64,000 nucleotides of DNA. It comes from Epiperipatus broadwayi (Eukaryota; Animalia; Onychophora). Location: the NCBI GenBank assembly GCA_028023455.1, contig JAQFVV010000005.1:21700001-21764000 (forward strand). The letters are read 5' to 3'. Positions 13,047-25,103 of this stretch are shown one piece after another. Below the pieces are notes generated by a model. It was not told the origin of the DNA. It did no database searches and worked only from the letters and a program-made list of their open reading frames with translations. The translations under genes were made by a program, and so were the position numbers. Position 1 is the stretch's first letter. Every line of letters starts with the position of its first letter.

Positions 13047-13729
13047 CTGAAAAGCAAGTCATTAATCGAAATAATTAATGCATACCTGAAGTAAATAGTT
13101 TTAACTACATTTAAATTAAGCAAGATTATTTACAACTTTAAAAAAAAAAATTAAAAAAAAACACTACTAATCACAATTATGAGAAAAAAGTCTGCAGAAG
13201 AAACCCAAATTTAAAAAAAATTATTTTAGCTCATGCATAAATAAAGTGCAACATTATAGTCAGATTTTGTTTCCAAACCATTGTATATATTTACATTTAA
13301 AAACAACAATAAGCGAATCAAAAATACTTATATATTGAAACAATCATGAGGATTTTTAAAGCACCTTTTCACTATGAACATACATAACTTATTGTACATG
13401 TAAGTTAGAGATGGAAAGGACCCAAAAATACCATAAAATAAGAAAGATTAATAATTATTTAAAGGTGGTTGTTTAATTTAACGAGATTGGTCAAGAAAGA
13501 TTAATGAAAACATCTTAATTTTTGCAGCATAACCAAGTAGTACATACACAAATTATATAAACACATATTCACATCTATATGTAACTCACACACAATACAC
13601 AGTGAAAATTTATTAGTATCTTTGAAAAAATTCTACATTTGTTAAATGCAGTCTTATAAACATACATATCACACATTATTTTTTACATATAAAAATATTT
13701 AATTGTAAACTGCAATTTTTTTTTTTATG

Positions 13730-14070
13730 GCTATGGCACACCTTGTTCTTGCATAATGTAGGTTTAGTTTTCAAGAAGTAGTCAAAAATAAGCTTGCAAG
13801 AATCCTATCAACACCTACATACGTAAAAGCATAAAGTAGCTAATGAAAAAGACATGAATTAATAGAAGATATTACAGGACCAAAGATCTCTTAAAAGTTA
13901 TAATACATAACTATACATACAAAAAAAATCAAGTCAGATGTCACATGACCTAATTTAATAAGCTTGTATTTACAAGGGTTTTATGTAGACCTCGCAAAAT
14001 AAGATCTTAACAAGCTTATTCTCAAAGCTTAATAACTATACACAATCTGTAACCAAGAGTTATCACGGAT
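13730..14070 (-). repeat. Inverted, decayed copy of the ~360-nt tandem unit at 16351-17165
   Basis: AATCAAGTCAGATGTCACATGACCTAATTTAATAAGCTTG is the reverse complement of the unit junction at 16397-16435. Confidence 0.6.
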
Positions 14071-14610
14071 AATATATATATATTTACTTATGCAATTATG
14101 TATTGTCAATATATGAATTTAATACTGCTATGAAGTAACAGCCATTAATAACTACCATTCCTGTTATAATAACAACGGAGCACAGCGAACCTGATGTGTT
14201 AACATTCATTTATTTTGATAAATAAATTTAATCATATGGATAAGTTTAGATTGTTTGCTAATGACAGCAATATTTCAATAATAATATTTTAAACATAGAT
14301 CCAGACATTTTTTCCATTTATAAGACATTTTGTAAAAGAGATTTATTGAAACAAATCACCATATATCATGTTCAAAATGCTTACACTGTGCATAATTAGT
14401 ATGCAACTGTATCGATACACATGCATTATAATATTAAAATGAAATAAGAAATCTATATAAAATGTTTAATTATCTATTATTTATTCATTTTGAAGGGAAA
14501 AGTTCTTACAGAATAGAGTAATTCAAGGGAATTATAGCACATATTTCCACTTTTATGTAATTCTGAAAGTCTGGTAAATTTTTGACTTTTCATGAATAAT
14601 ATATATAATA

Positions 14611-14806
14611 TAAGGGACTTGAATTCAGATTTTCAAGCTCCCTACAGCTATGAACTCCATCTTATACAATCAATGCGCATGATCACATATAAGTGAAAAA
14701 GATAAATAATCTCCAATATATGTATTTCGTGTTGACCAGCACTCATCAGTTGGTCCAGATCACCATCTCTTACACATATATATATAATCAGTGCCCAGTT
14801 TATATT
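14611..14806 (-). mobile_element. ~190-bp hammerhead + tRNA-like element, copy 2
   Basis: Colinear along its length with 39449-39638, with a matching boundary at ...TCAGTGC-CA-TTTATATT. Confidence 0.75.
14708..14761 (-). ncRNA. Canonical type I hammerhead ribozyme motif
   Basis: ATCT-GGA-CCAA CTGATGA GTG(CTGGTCAA)CAC GAAA TACATA TA/TTGG-AGAT. Predicted cleavage after position 14717. Confidence 0.8.
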
Positions 14807-15019
14807 AAGATAGCAAATCTTCAAACTTTAATGGACAAGCTCCAATCTTCTCCACCCTCCAACTCTTAGCCATCCATATCATTGAAAATCCAATGATGGA
14901 ACATTCAAAGATCTTGATGCCAATATTATTGTCATACCCATGATGACTTTAAATCATTCTGACCCCTCACATGTAGCACCTTAATATATCCATTTAATTA
15001 CACAGAAGAGGGATGGGAA

Positions 15020-16300
15020 GAATACAGGAGGAATATTATATGTATATAAAGTATCAAAAGCTAAACTAATAAAAATAAAACCCAAACAAATTACACCAAT
15101 TCAGAATTAAAAAATTAGCCAAAATTTAAAATTTCACAATCAGTGGTTTCAGTGTCAAGGCAAACTTCTCAAATGCAAAGTAACACAAACATAATATATA
15201 CCAAACTTATTTCTCAGAATTCTCAATTACATTCCAGTGATGTTTAACGTCAAAAGAACTTTTAAATAAGTTAATAACTTCCACTCTTTATCATATTTTT
15301 CTCAAAGAAGACAATTTTAGATTGCTCAAACATAATTTTATGGCCTTCATGGTTATATAATGCAGCAATATATATATATTTTTTCTTCTTTTATAAATTT
15401 TTATTCTTCTATTTAACCTCAAATTACTTTGTTTATATATAATTAACTATAAAAACAAGAAATAATATAAACTACCACAAGAATGGTATTTCTTTTGTAT
15501 TATTCAATAAATTATTTAAAGAAATATTTTCTATGCCATTTTCTTATTCCAAACAAATTATAATTCTTTTTGTAAAGCTTATAAAAAGACAATTCAAAAG
15601 ACAAAAAAAAACAAAATCATATTTTTCTTTTATTTTCACATTTTTTAGATTATTATCATCAATATTAAATAAAATTTTCTAAGGCTTAATTTAAAAAAAA
15701 GCGAAAAAAATAAGAAGGAAAAAACCCCAAAGTTTAAAAAAAAACCTTACGCTTCTCATAGTAATCTTCAACTAACCTTAATAAAAAAAAAAAATTATCA
15801 TCAATATTGTAATTCCTATTAAATAAAATATTCTTAATTAATTTATCAGGATATCGTTATAAATCTGACTTTTTTAAAACAAAGCGATCTTTTCAGAATT
15901 ATTGAATGACTGACTTCTGTAACAAAAATTTCACAAAACAGCTAATTTATGTAATACTAACTGATAACTATAAGATCTAATAATACATCTTACTTTTAAC
16001 ATAATGTCTACATACCAAAGAAACATTTTTGAAATCTCTTATCACTAATAAATCTAAAAAATTAATCCTTTTCCACTACAAACAATTACAAATATATCTA
16101 AGAGACAGCATTAAATACATACAATTCTAATAATAATTTTCTCTTCCAAATAGCTAATGTACAACTTAATAAATTAAAGTAATATAATATATTGTTTACT
16201 CTTTTTTGATCTTATATAATTATACCTCCAATAACAAAAGCAAACCTTTAATAATCTTATTTTTATTTCTAGAATTAACTGATAATGGATCTTTATTTAG
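15020..16300 (-). mobile_element. Heavily decayed Penelope-like element, inverted partner of 17170-18330
   Basis: 15060-15400 matches the reverse complement of 17990-18290 (e.g. ATATACCAAACTTATTT, AAAATTTCACAA). Confidence 0.5.
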
Positions 16301-16664
16301 AAATAAAATTAAGATTATCAAGCATTTGCTTTTGTTGTTGAATTCTATATATGTTAAAAACTTATTTGTGAACTCTATATATAACATTTGTAATACAAGC
16401 TTGTTAAATTAGGTCATGTGACATATGACTTGATTTCTTTGTAATTTTATTTTTTACTATAATGGTTTTGGTGATTTTATATTGCTAAAGTTATTAATAT
16501 ATGGTGTATCTGAACTTAATTCAGTCCCATATGGCTATTTAAGTTAGATAGTTGGAGTGGAAGACATGTCTGAAAATTTCAGATTTTTTACTTAATAGTT
16601 ATCCATTAGATAAAGTGCTGGACTTGTCCTGGTATTTTTAATCTAATGCTTGAATATTCTAGCA

Positions 16665-16702
16665 CCTCACTGAGGAAGCCAGTAGCAGAAACCGATCTGG
16701 GG
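16665..16702 (+). ncRNA. Minimal type I hammerhead-like motif, tandem copy 1
   Basis: CCTCA CTGAGGA A GC(CAGTA)GC A GAAA CCGA TC/TGGGG. Confidence 0.55.
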
Positions 16703-17013
16703 ATATTCTGCAAAGCTTGTTAAGAGCTTATTTGCGAGCTCTATATATAATATTTGTAATAAAAGCTTGTTAAATTAGGTCATGTGACATATGACTTGAT
16801 TTCTTTGTAATTTTATTTTTTGCTATAATGGCTTTGGTGATTTTATATTGCTAAAGTTATTAATATGGTATATCTGAACTTGGTCCAGTTCCATAGCTGG
16901 ATTGGAAGACATAGATGTCTGAAAATTCCAGATTTTCTACTTAATAGTTATCCATTAGATAAAGTGCTGGACTTGTCCTGGTATTTTTAATCTAATGCTT
17001 GAATATTCTAGCA

Positions 17014-17051
17014 CCTCACTGAGGAAGCCAATAGCAGAAACTGGTCTGGGG
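17014..17051 (+). ncRNA. Minimal type I hammerhead-like motif, tandem copy 2
   Basis: CCTCA CTGAGGA A GC(CAATA)GC A GAAA CTGG TC/TGGGG. Confidence 0.6.
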
Positions 17052-17169
17052 TTGGGATATTCTGCAAAGCTTATTAGGAGCTTATTTGCGAGCTCTACAT
17101 ATAACATCTGTATGAAAAGCTTGTTAAATTAGGTCATGTGACATATGATTTAATTTCGTTGTAATGGTA

Positions 17170-18330
17170 ATTTTATAAGATTAAAGAAGATAGATAATAG
17201 GTTATACTATTTCTCCTTTAATTGATTTATATTAATTATTTGGAAGAGAAATTATGATTATATATGCTTAAAGTGGTTTGTTAGATATGCTGATGATTGT
17301 AGTGGAAAACAGCAAATTAGACAAATTGAATAAATTAAATAGTTTTGATCTTTTTAAAAGAAAGGGAGGAGGGGATAGATTTGTTAAATTAGTTTCTAGA
17401 TTTGTTAATGATAAAGAGATTTGAAAAATAATTGTTTGCTATGTAATCATTATGTTAAAAGTAAGGATTTAAGCCTTACTATTAAATCTGATAGCTACCA
17501 ATCAGTCTTCCATGAAATAACTGCTTTGAGGAATTTTTATTATAAATATCAGAGATTAAATAATTCTAAAAAGGTAGCTTTGTTTTAAAAAGATCATTTT
17601 ATAAAAATTATCTAAATATTTATTATTCTGATAAATTTGGAATATTTTTTCTAAAAGGAATTATAATACTGATAATAATAATTTTAAAACTGAAAATAAA
17701 AAATATGATTTCATTTCTTTGTCTTTTAAATTGACTTCTTATATGATTTTAAAAAAGAATTATAATTTGTTTGGAAATAAGAAAATGCAAGAAGGAAAGA
17801 TATTACTTTAAATAATTAAATAAATAATACAATAGAAATACCGTTTTGAAGTAGTTTACATTATTCCTTGTTTTAGGTCAGAAATTATACCTAGATCAAA
17901 GTAGTTTGAACTTAACTGAAAAAATGAAAATTTATAAAAATAGGAAAAATAAATCTTAGTTCTGCATTATATAAATATGAAAAAATTACAGGCCATAAGA
18001 TTATGTTTGAGCAGGTTAAGGATATCTTCTTTGAAAAAAATAGGATAAAGAGAAGAATTAAATGATCTATTATTGAAAACTTATGATTTTGAAACTATTA
18101 ACTTATTTAAGAGTTCTTTTGATATTAATTATGGGAAATAAGTTTGGTATATAATTGTTGTTATGTTTGTGCTATTTAACAATTGAGTAGTCTGCCTTGT
18201 CAGTGAAACTAATGGTTGTGAAATTTTAATTTTGATTACTTTTTAAATACTAAATTGGGATCATTTGTTTATATATATATAAAAGCTATTACAGAAGTTT
18301 GGTAGCAATGAACTACCTTATCAACAATTA
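17170..18330 (+). mobile_element. Decayed Penelope-like element (RT and GIY-YIG remnants)
   Basis: TGGTTTGTTAGATATGCTGATGATTGT = WFVRYADDC. VVYIIPC...YLDQS at ~17850 resembles a GIY-YIG motif. Confidence 0.65.
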
Positions 18331-18520
18331 TTAGTTAAATTTAATTATAGTATAACATTGATATAATTTTGTTTGCTTCAATATTATTTACAATTTTGTT
18401 ATAATAAACTGTTTTTATTTTATTTTTCGTATTATAATTAATTTTTTTTTCTAAAAAAAAAAAATTGTAAAAAGATGTGTGTTTCTCTCTTAAGGTGACA
18501 ATAAAGGGTTAAGTTCGATT

Positions 18521-19140
18521 TTCTCAAAATATAAAAATAAAGATTGATTATGATGAGTTAGAAGAATTTAACAGTTACAAATTACCTTGGTCAGATTATT
18601 AATACAGATGGAAACATAATGGATGAAATTAATCATAGAATTAAACTTGGTTGGAGTGCTTTTGGTAGAAATAACTTGATACTAAAAGAAAATATGCCTA
18701 TGTGTTTGAAAAGGAAGGTTTTTAATAAATGTGTTTTGCCAGTTCTTACTTATGGATCTGAGACTTGGACACTTAACAGAAGAGCAATACAGACTTCAGT
18801 CCACTCAAAGAAGTATGGAGAGATGCATGTTGGGAGTAACAAGAAGAGATCGAAAACGCAATGTACGGGTAAGAGAACAAACAGGTGTTACTGACCTCAT
18901 TGAAAAAATTAAAAGACTGAAGTGGAGTTGGGCTGGACATATTGCTAGAAAAGATGATAATAGATGGACAGTTGAAATTTTGAACTGGATTCCAAGAGAT
19001 TGTAAAAGACCCAGAAATAAACCACATGTGAGATGGATGGATGAAATAAGAAAGTGTGCAGGGGTGATGTGGAGAAGAGAAGCTAAGATGGGAAAAAAAT
19101 GGATGCAGTGGATTGATAATGGTTGATGATGATGATGATG
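18521..19140 (+). mobile_element. 5'-truncated RTE-clade LINE with a (GAT)n tail and ~80-bp flanking duplication
   Basis: INHRIKLGWSAF, LPVLTYGSETW, LKWSWAGHIAR...W motifs. Tail TGATGATGATGATG. 18441-18520 is repeated at 19146-19225. Confidence 0.9.
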
Positions 19141-20332
19141 AATTGATTTTTTTTTCTAAAAAAAAAAAATTGTAAAAAGATGTGTGTTTCTCTCTTAAGG
19201 TGACAATAAAGGATTAAGTTCGATTAATATATATATAATTTTCCAGCATGTATCTTTCTAAGTATAAAAAAAAATAAATAAATAAAATAATCAACTAACT
19301 TTAAAATATATATAGTCCTAAATGTACCATCAGCATTTGCTATCTGTATGCCTGAACATGCTCAATAATCTAGCTGGGTTGTAAATGGGGATAATAGGAT
19401 AGGTAATCATCAACAATTTAAAATAATATACACAGGTTATGATCGTCTTTAATCTTAAGACAACCTATTAAATGTATTCTTAAAAATCAAACGATGTTAT
19501 AATAAACCAGCTGTTCAAGCAGACTTCAATAACAACTGTTACAATATATATATATATATTATACTCATACTCATATATATAAAGAGAGAGCTTTTTCATG
19601 TTTCATCAGATCATTTGTTATTGAAATAATGTGTTATTAATACATGAATTCATAACTACCGTCAACTTATGAAGTCCAAGCCACGAAAGCATGTCTGCAA
19701 TCTTTTAATATAAAACAATAAAAAAGTATACCTTGCTTCCAGAATATTTACAATTTAACATTCAATTTTATTAAACACTTGGCTGCTTACCCTCATTCAA
19801 AACTATAAAAATTAAATTAGAAAATTTTAAAAATATAAAGAAAAAAAAAGATTTAACACTGAATTATGTAATGCAAGCAAGAATTTATCATTGTCTATCT
19901 TGATGGGGCAAATTTAAAACAATTAATCAATTTAAAAAATCATTAGTTGTATTTTCTTAATGGTGTAAAAACTCATTAAACCTTATGATGTAATTCTTAA
20001 AATTGAGATGCTAAAATAAATTGTCAAGATAATGATGAGTAAAGGCAAATTTCATCATAGTATTCTAATGCTTGGTTACACAGCCTGTCTTTGGACAGGA
20101 CAACTTTGAATTCAAAGCCAAAAGAAAAAGGTAAAATTAAAAATAGTTATAATACATTAGAAAATATCTTTGGGCTATAATACAGTTGAATACTAACTTT
20201 TAAAAAAATTATTAGAAAAAACTTTTATAATTTATTTTTAATTATAAATTTATTTTAAAGCACATTATTATATTACTTAATTTATTTTTAAATAATTTAT
20301 GCAATTTGAGATTTAGAAACATGTATATCTTT

Positions 20333-20460
20333 TAAACAGTGAGGATTGCCAATTCCTCTACAAGCTTTATGATAAATGCTTAACCAGAGCCAGCACTTTG
20401 GCAATCCTCACTGTTTATAACTTACAAGCTTAAGAGATAGGGTCATGTGATATATGACTC
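20333..20460. repeat. Short inverted repeat (19-bp arms) plus the junction motif of the hammerhead repeat family
   Basis: TAAACAGTGAGGATTGCCA / TGGCAATCCTCACTGTTTA, followed by CAAGCTTAAGAGATAGGGTCATGTGA. Confidence 0.65.
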
Positions 20461-20799
20461 TTATTTTGACTATTTATGTATATCTTTTCTTTTAAAATTA
20501 AAGAAATATAAACATGATCAAAAAGAATTATGCATTTCATGAATTTATTTACCTGTAAAATTAAGACAACAAATGTGTCTAATCATAGGTAATTACTATG
20601 ACCCCGATCGCTCTATGGCAGCAAAGAATATAAGAAGGCAGGTGATATATGATTTGATCATATACTGTACTGTATAAAATAATAAAGTAATTATTAAAAC
20701 GAAAGATATTAATTTCTTTAAAAATTCTTATTACAGCTATCTTTCTAAAAAGTCAAATAGATTTTATAAAAATAATCTATTTTCAAACTTTTCATTTTT

Positions 20800-22790
20800 C
20801 ATTAGTGCATCTCTCGTTTGAACTACATAATTTATCTACCAGCAGAGGTACTCAGACTTTTCTCTCTAATTACGATCTATTTTGTGAACAATCTATCAAA
20901 CACCAAAATTTCCTTGATATTTTCCTATTATACTATTCCCTATAATATGAATGCAAGAGTGTATGTTTTAATATTATTTATTCAAAAATTAACACTTCCT
21001 TATTTCTAAACATCGACTTGAATGACATAATAATATATGTGATGAATGGGTTTAGGACAAGAAGAGTGTTTAAAGCCTTAGTGTGTTAGAATCTCAAGTC
21101 ATTAGTTTGGATAGTATTAAGAAAAGTAAAAATGACTGGTGTGTGTGTGTAATTGCAAACTCAATAATTAATCAATGATGAAAACCAATAACCATAAAAT
21201 GATCTGGAGATTTGACTGGCATTTCCATCTCGTATTACTGATTAATCAAATTTATAATGTGAATGGATCATTCTTGCTAATGCAATTGGAAAGAATGGTT
21301 TGTATTACAAAATATAAGCCTGTTTTTTGGGTTAGGTATGTTGATGATTATTTTTTAGTGTTCAATGGCAATTATAGAAAATCTGAATGTTTTATAAGGT
21401 ATATTAATTCAATTGATGATGACATTAGTTTTATTATGGAAAAAGAAAAAAATAATGAAATTACTTATATGAATGTTTTAATAAAAAAAGTTATTAGAAA
21501 TTGTAAGGTTGCTATTGAAACAAGTGTATTCAGAAAAGAAACCTTTTATGGTTTGTTAAGTAGTTGGGATTCAGATATTGAATATGAAATATTTTATTAT
21601 AATAGGATAAACAGAGCAATTAATTTATGTTCTGAAGAAAAATTATTTATAAAAGAAATTAGTAATATAAAAGAGGAAGGTATAAAAAATAGTTATCCAG
21701 TTAAAATTATTGATAAATTATGTAATAAAAAAAAATATTAAAAGAATAATAAAGAAGAGAAACAATGGGAAAGATATAAATAATTTTATATATAATAGTT
21801 ATAATGTTTCTAGAGATACTTTTATGAAGATTAAAAAGATTATAAAAAGTATAAATAATAAATACAAAGGGAAAAGTATGTTAATTAATTATTAAACTAG
21901 TATATAAAAAGAAATTGAATTTAGGAAATTTAATTAATAATACAAAAAATATAGAAATTGACAAAATGAATGGAATTTATTTAATTGAATGTTTAAATTG
22001 AAAGAGGGGGGAGGGGGATTTCATATATTGGTATAACAAAGAATACATTAAAAACTAGACTTAGACAACATTTATATGACAAAAATTCAAATATTTACAT
22101 ACATTGTAAAGTTTTAGGTCATAAAGAATTTAATATTAAAATGTTGGAAAGGATTAAAAATTACAGGGAAAGGATGGTAAAAGAATTTTTTTATATAAAA
22201 AAATATAATCCTATTCTAAATAGAATTAATGGAGTAGATAAGGAATATAAAATAATGTATAATTAAAATAAATGCTTAATGGGTTTAGATAAATTGTTAA
22301 AAGTTTTTTTGTATAAAAGAGAGAGAGGGAGAGGGGGGGGTTATATTTGTTTTATATTCATTTAAAGATATAGTTTAGGAATGCAGTTTTAAGATGAGTT
22401 TTAGATAAGATTTAAAAAAAGGGGAGGTTTTTGGAAATTAGAGTTGGTATTTAAATTTATATAGAAAGTTTCTTGGATGATTTTAGGACAGATTTGTAAT
22501 TAAATAATGTAAAACAAAGAGTAATAAAATATAGCAGTGGGAGAGAGATGTAAGTAAAATATACTTATATATGTTTAATATGTTTGTTACTGTTTATGTT
22601 AATGTAAGAGGAAGTTTTTATGTAATTAAAGTTTATTTATAAATATGTATTTCATATTATCGTTGCAGATCCTTGAAAATGACTGTATGAGATAAAAACA
22701 GTTGAAACGTTGGAGTTTTGTAATATATAAATGTATATAAATGTTCAGTATTGAGATATAAAAAAATAAAGTTTTTGAAAAGAAAAAGGA
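20800..22790 (+). mobile_element. Penelope-like retroelement (RT + GIY-YIG endonuclease), decayed
   Basis: ORF 21175-21741 has KPVFWVRYVDDYFLVF and TSVFRKET (PLE RT and thumb). 21955-22265 gives NGIYLIECLN...YIGITKNTLKTRLRQH...KEFFYIKKYNPILN. Confidence 0.9.
22670..22714 (+). ncRNA. PLE 3'-UTR minimal hammerhead variant (U3-A8 core)
   Basis: TCC TTGAAAA T GACTG(13 nt)CAGTT GAAA CG TT/GGA. Confidence 0.6.
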
Positions 22791-23670
22791 GAAGGATTTG
22801 GCATCATGCTGACATTGAGTCTTTGGCATTAATACGAATGGTATTTTAGAAATTCTATATTACAAAATCTATGTGGATTTCTAGTGACTGCCGAAGCTTG
22901 TAAAGTTGTCTTTGGAAAGAGAAAGCAATTATCACCTCAAATATGGCATATGCATGTAGAATCGTACTTGTAAGAAGAATAAAGCATATTTGAAAGAAAA
23001 AATTACTCTTATTACATTTTTTATCTACAAAAAAAAAATCTTTTCAAGCAAAATTGAATAATGAGATTCTTGATAAAAATTAGTTTCTATTATTTGAAGT
23101 TTCTCGTGTCATGGCAGGGTGGTATAAAATAAGATTTTAATTTTTTACAATTTTTCTATTGTTTTGCAGCACTATTGCAATATTGGTTTATAAATGCCTC
23201 ACATCAATAAACTCCAATTCTTAATATTATGTTAAAAATAATGAACATTACCAATTTTAAATACTAATGTCTTTTTTTTCTATTTATCAAGTTAATTTTG
23301 TAAAATATTTACTAAACTCTTATTAATGAAATAATAACAAACAAAGAATCATTAAAAAAAACAGCTATTTAACAAAGTTAGTTAATCAAACAACCCTTAA
23401 ATGTAAAAATAAATAAATAGCCATTTGTCACCCACATCAATGCACAGAGAATTTGCCACTATACAGTATTTTGTTCCAAAAACAGAATCTCGTTAAGTGA
23501 TCCTGACATTTAACATCAATTCCCTACCCATAGATCCACATGGTAATTTTTAATATTTAAATTAGAAATGCACGATTCTATTCAATTTAAATATTAAAAA
23601 TCATATATGGATGTATAGAAAAGGAGGGGCTTCATGTTAATTTTCAGGATATCTAAATGAGATTCAATTT

Positions 23671-23755
23671 CGCAGCTGCCTTGCAAGCAAGTAGTTGGTT
23701 GCAGACAGTTGTGGGTTCGCCTCCCGGTCGATGCTATGACATATGAAAAAAAAAA
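23671..23755 (+). mobile_element. tRNA-Gly-derived SINE, 5'-truncated copy
   Basis: GCTGCCTTGCAAGCA...GGGTTCGCCTCCCGGTCGATGCTATGAC plus an A-tail; same family as 26359-26468. Confidence 0.7.
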
Positions 23756-23927
23756 TTATTATTATCTAACAAGGAAATGGTTGTTGATTTTCTCCATAAG
23801 TAATTAACTATTTATATGCTTGTGTGTGATTGATTAATTAACTTTGTAACATATATTTAAGTATATTTTGATATATATATTGGATATAACTTTTGTGTTT
23901 TATAACTAAAAATAGTTGTGTCCTCAC

Positions 23928-24142
23928 CCAAAATGGCGCGAAGGTGGCCTTCCAAAGTCTGTAAAATAACTGCTTTGATGTGTTCGACCGATTTACCCAA
24001 AAACTGTTCACAGGCAATTGCCAAAATTTCTGGCTCAGTCATTACTTTGACTTGAGCGACACCAGTGACAGTAACTGGAACTCCGTGAGATGTTTCCACA
24101 TTTTCACACATAGGATTTAATGTCATCACTTCCAGTGAGAGC
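23928..24142 (-). CDS. FLOT2: Flotillin-2 coding exon (equivalent to human exons 3+4)
   Basis: (R)LSLEVMTLNPMCENVETSHGVPVTVTGVAQVKVMTEPEILAIACEQFLGKSVEHIKAVILQTLEGHLRAIL(G). ttttag acceptor, gtgagg donor; 215 bp. Confidence 0.96.
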
Positions 24143-25103
24143 CTAAAAATGTGGTAATAGATATTAGTAGATATTTAAAAAAACTCAGTTATAACTATAT
24201 AACAATGTAAAATAAAAGTATTGACATACCATAAACATAGTAGAAATTAATCACTTGCAATTTTGTAAGACTTGACTTTCTTTTGATTCTAATGATATAA
24301 TTAGTAATATAAAAATATAAACAATAAAATTAAATTATTTTCTTTATTAATTAATATGTTTTAAATTGTTTCTGGCTACCAAATCATAGCATACTTTGAG
24401 AAAAAAGTTTGTAGGATCATAAAATTGAGTTTTCAGACATATTATTTAAATTTTCAATGACAGCCTATTAAAAACCTATCTAGCACATCAAGAATGTTGT
24501 AATGGTAGCACAATCTAAACTTGCCGGATGCCTACTATGGGTATCTGATGATTTGACAGTCTTTATGAAGATTATCTTAAAAGTGTAATTGAAACTAATT
24601 TAGTCCTCTAAATAAACTTAGCCAATTATTCAGGTAAATGATTTAATTTTTTTAACATCTTAAAGTTCCAGAACCAAAAAAACCATTGAATTAAGTTATA
24701 AACTTCTGAAATAAATTTAAAAATCTATATATTTAAGTACTATACCTTTGATTTACATATTGCTACACAGAAAGTAAAAGATGGTAGTAATCTATAATTC
24801 TTCACCAACCACTCCTATAAAAATCTACATAAGAAAGATTTCTGTATTTTATTTCCTATTCAGAAAAACATGCATTATAGAATTAATAATTTTGTCTCAG
24901 AAAACAATGCATTCTGGAATTTATAATGAATCTATAATAATTTATGATAAAAGTTATACAATTGATTTTTTAAGAGTAGGTGAATAAATTATTATAAGAT
25001 ATTTTCTGTACTTTCTTGATTCACATTGTTTCATGTCTCCTAACTAATATAGATTCATTCAAACCACTAAACATCACATGATCACTGTTTCTTATGCTTG
25101 ATC

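Larger units (their letters stand above)
16351..17165 (+). repeat. Tandem array (~2.3 units, periods 366 and 354 nt) of a hammerhead-bearing pseudo-LTR/retrozyme-like unit
   Basis: AGGTCATGTGACATATGA recurs at 16411, 16777 and 17131; the intervening units are highly similar. Confidence 0.9.

Noticed and set aside
15130-15165. CCTTGACAC...GTGAAA (and 18195-18225) as hammerheads
   Set aside because: Core and helices too degraded to call; at most fossils at the PLE 3' end.
16351-17165. Tandem repeats as a CRISPR-like array
   Set aside because: Eukaryotic context, ~360-nt contiguous units, no unique spacers and no cas genes.
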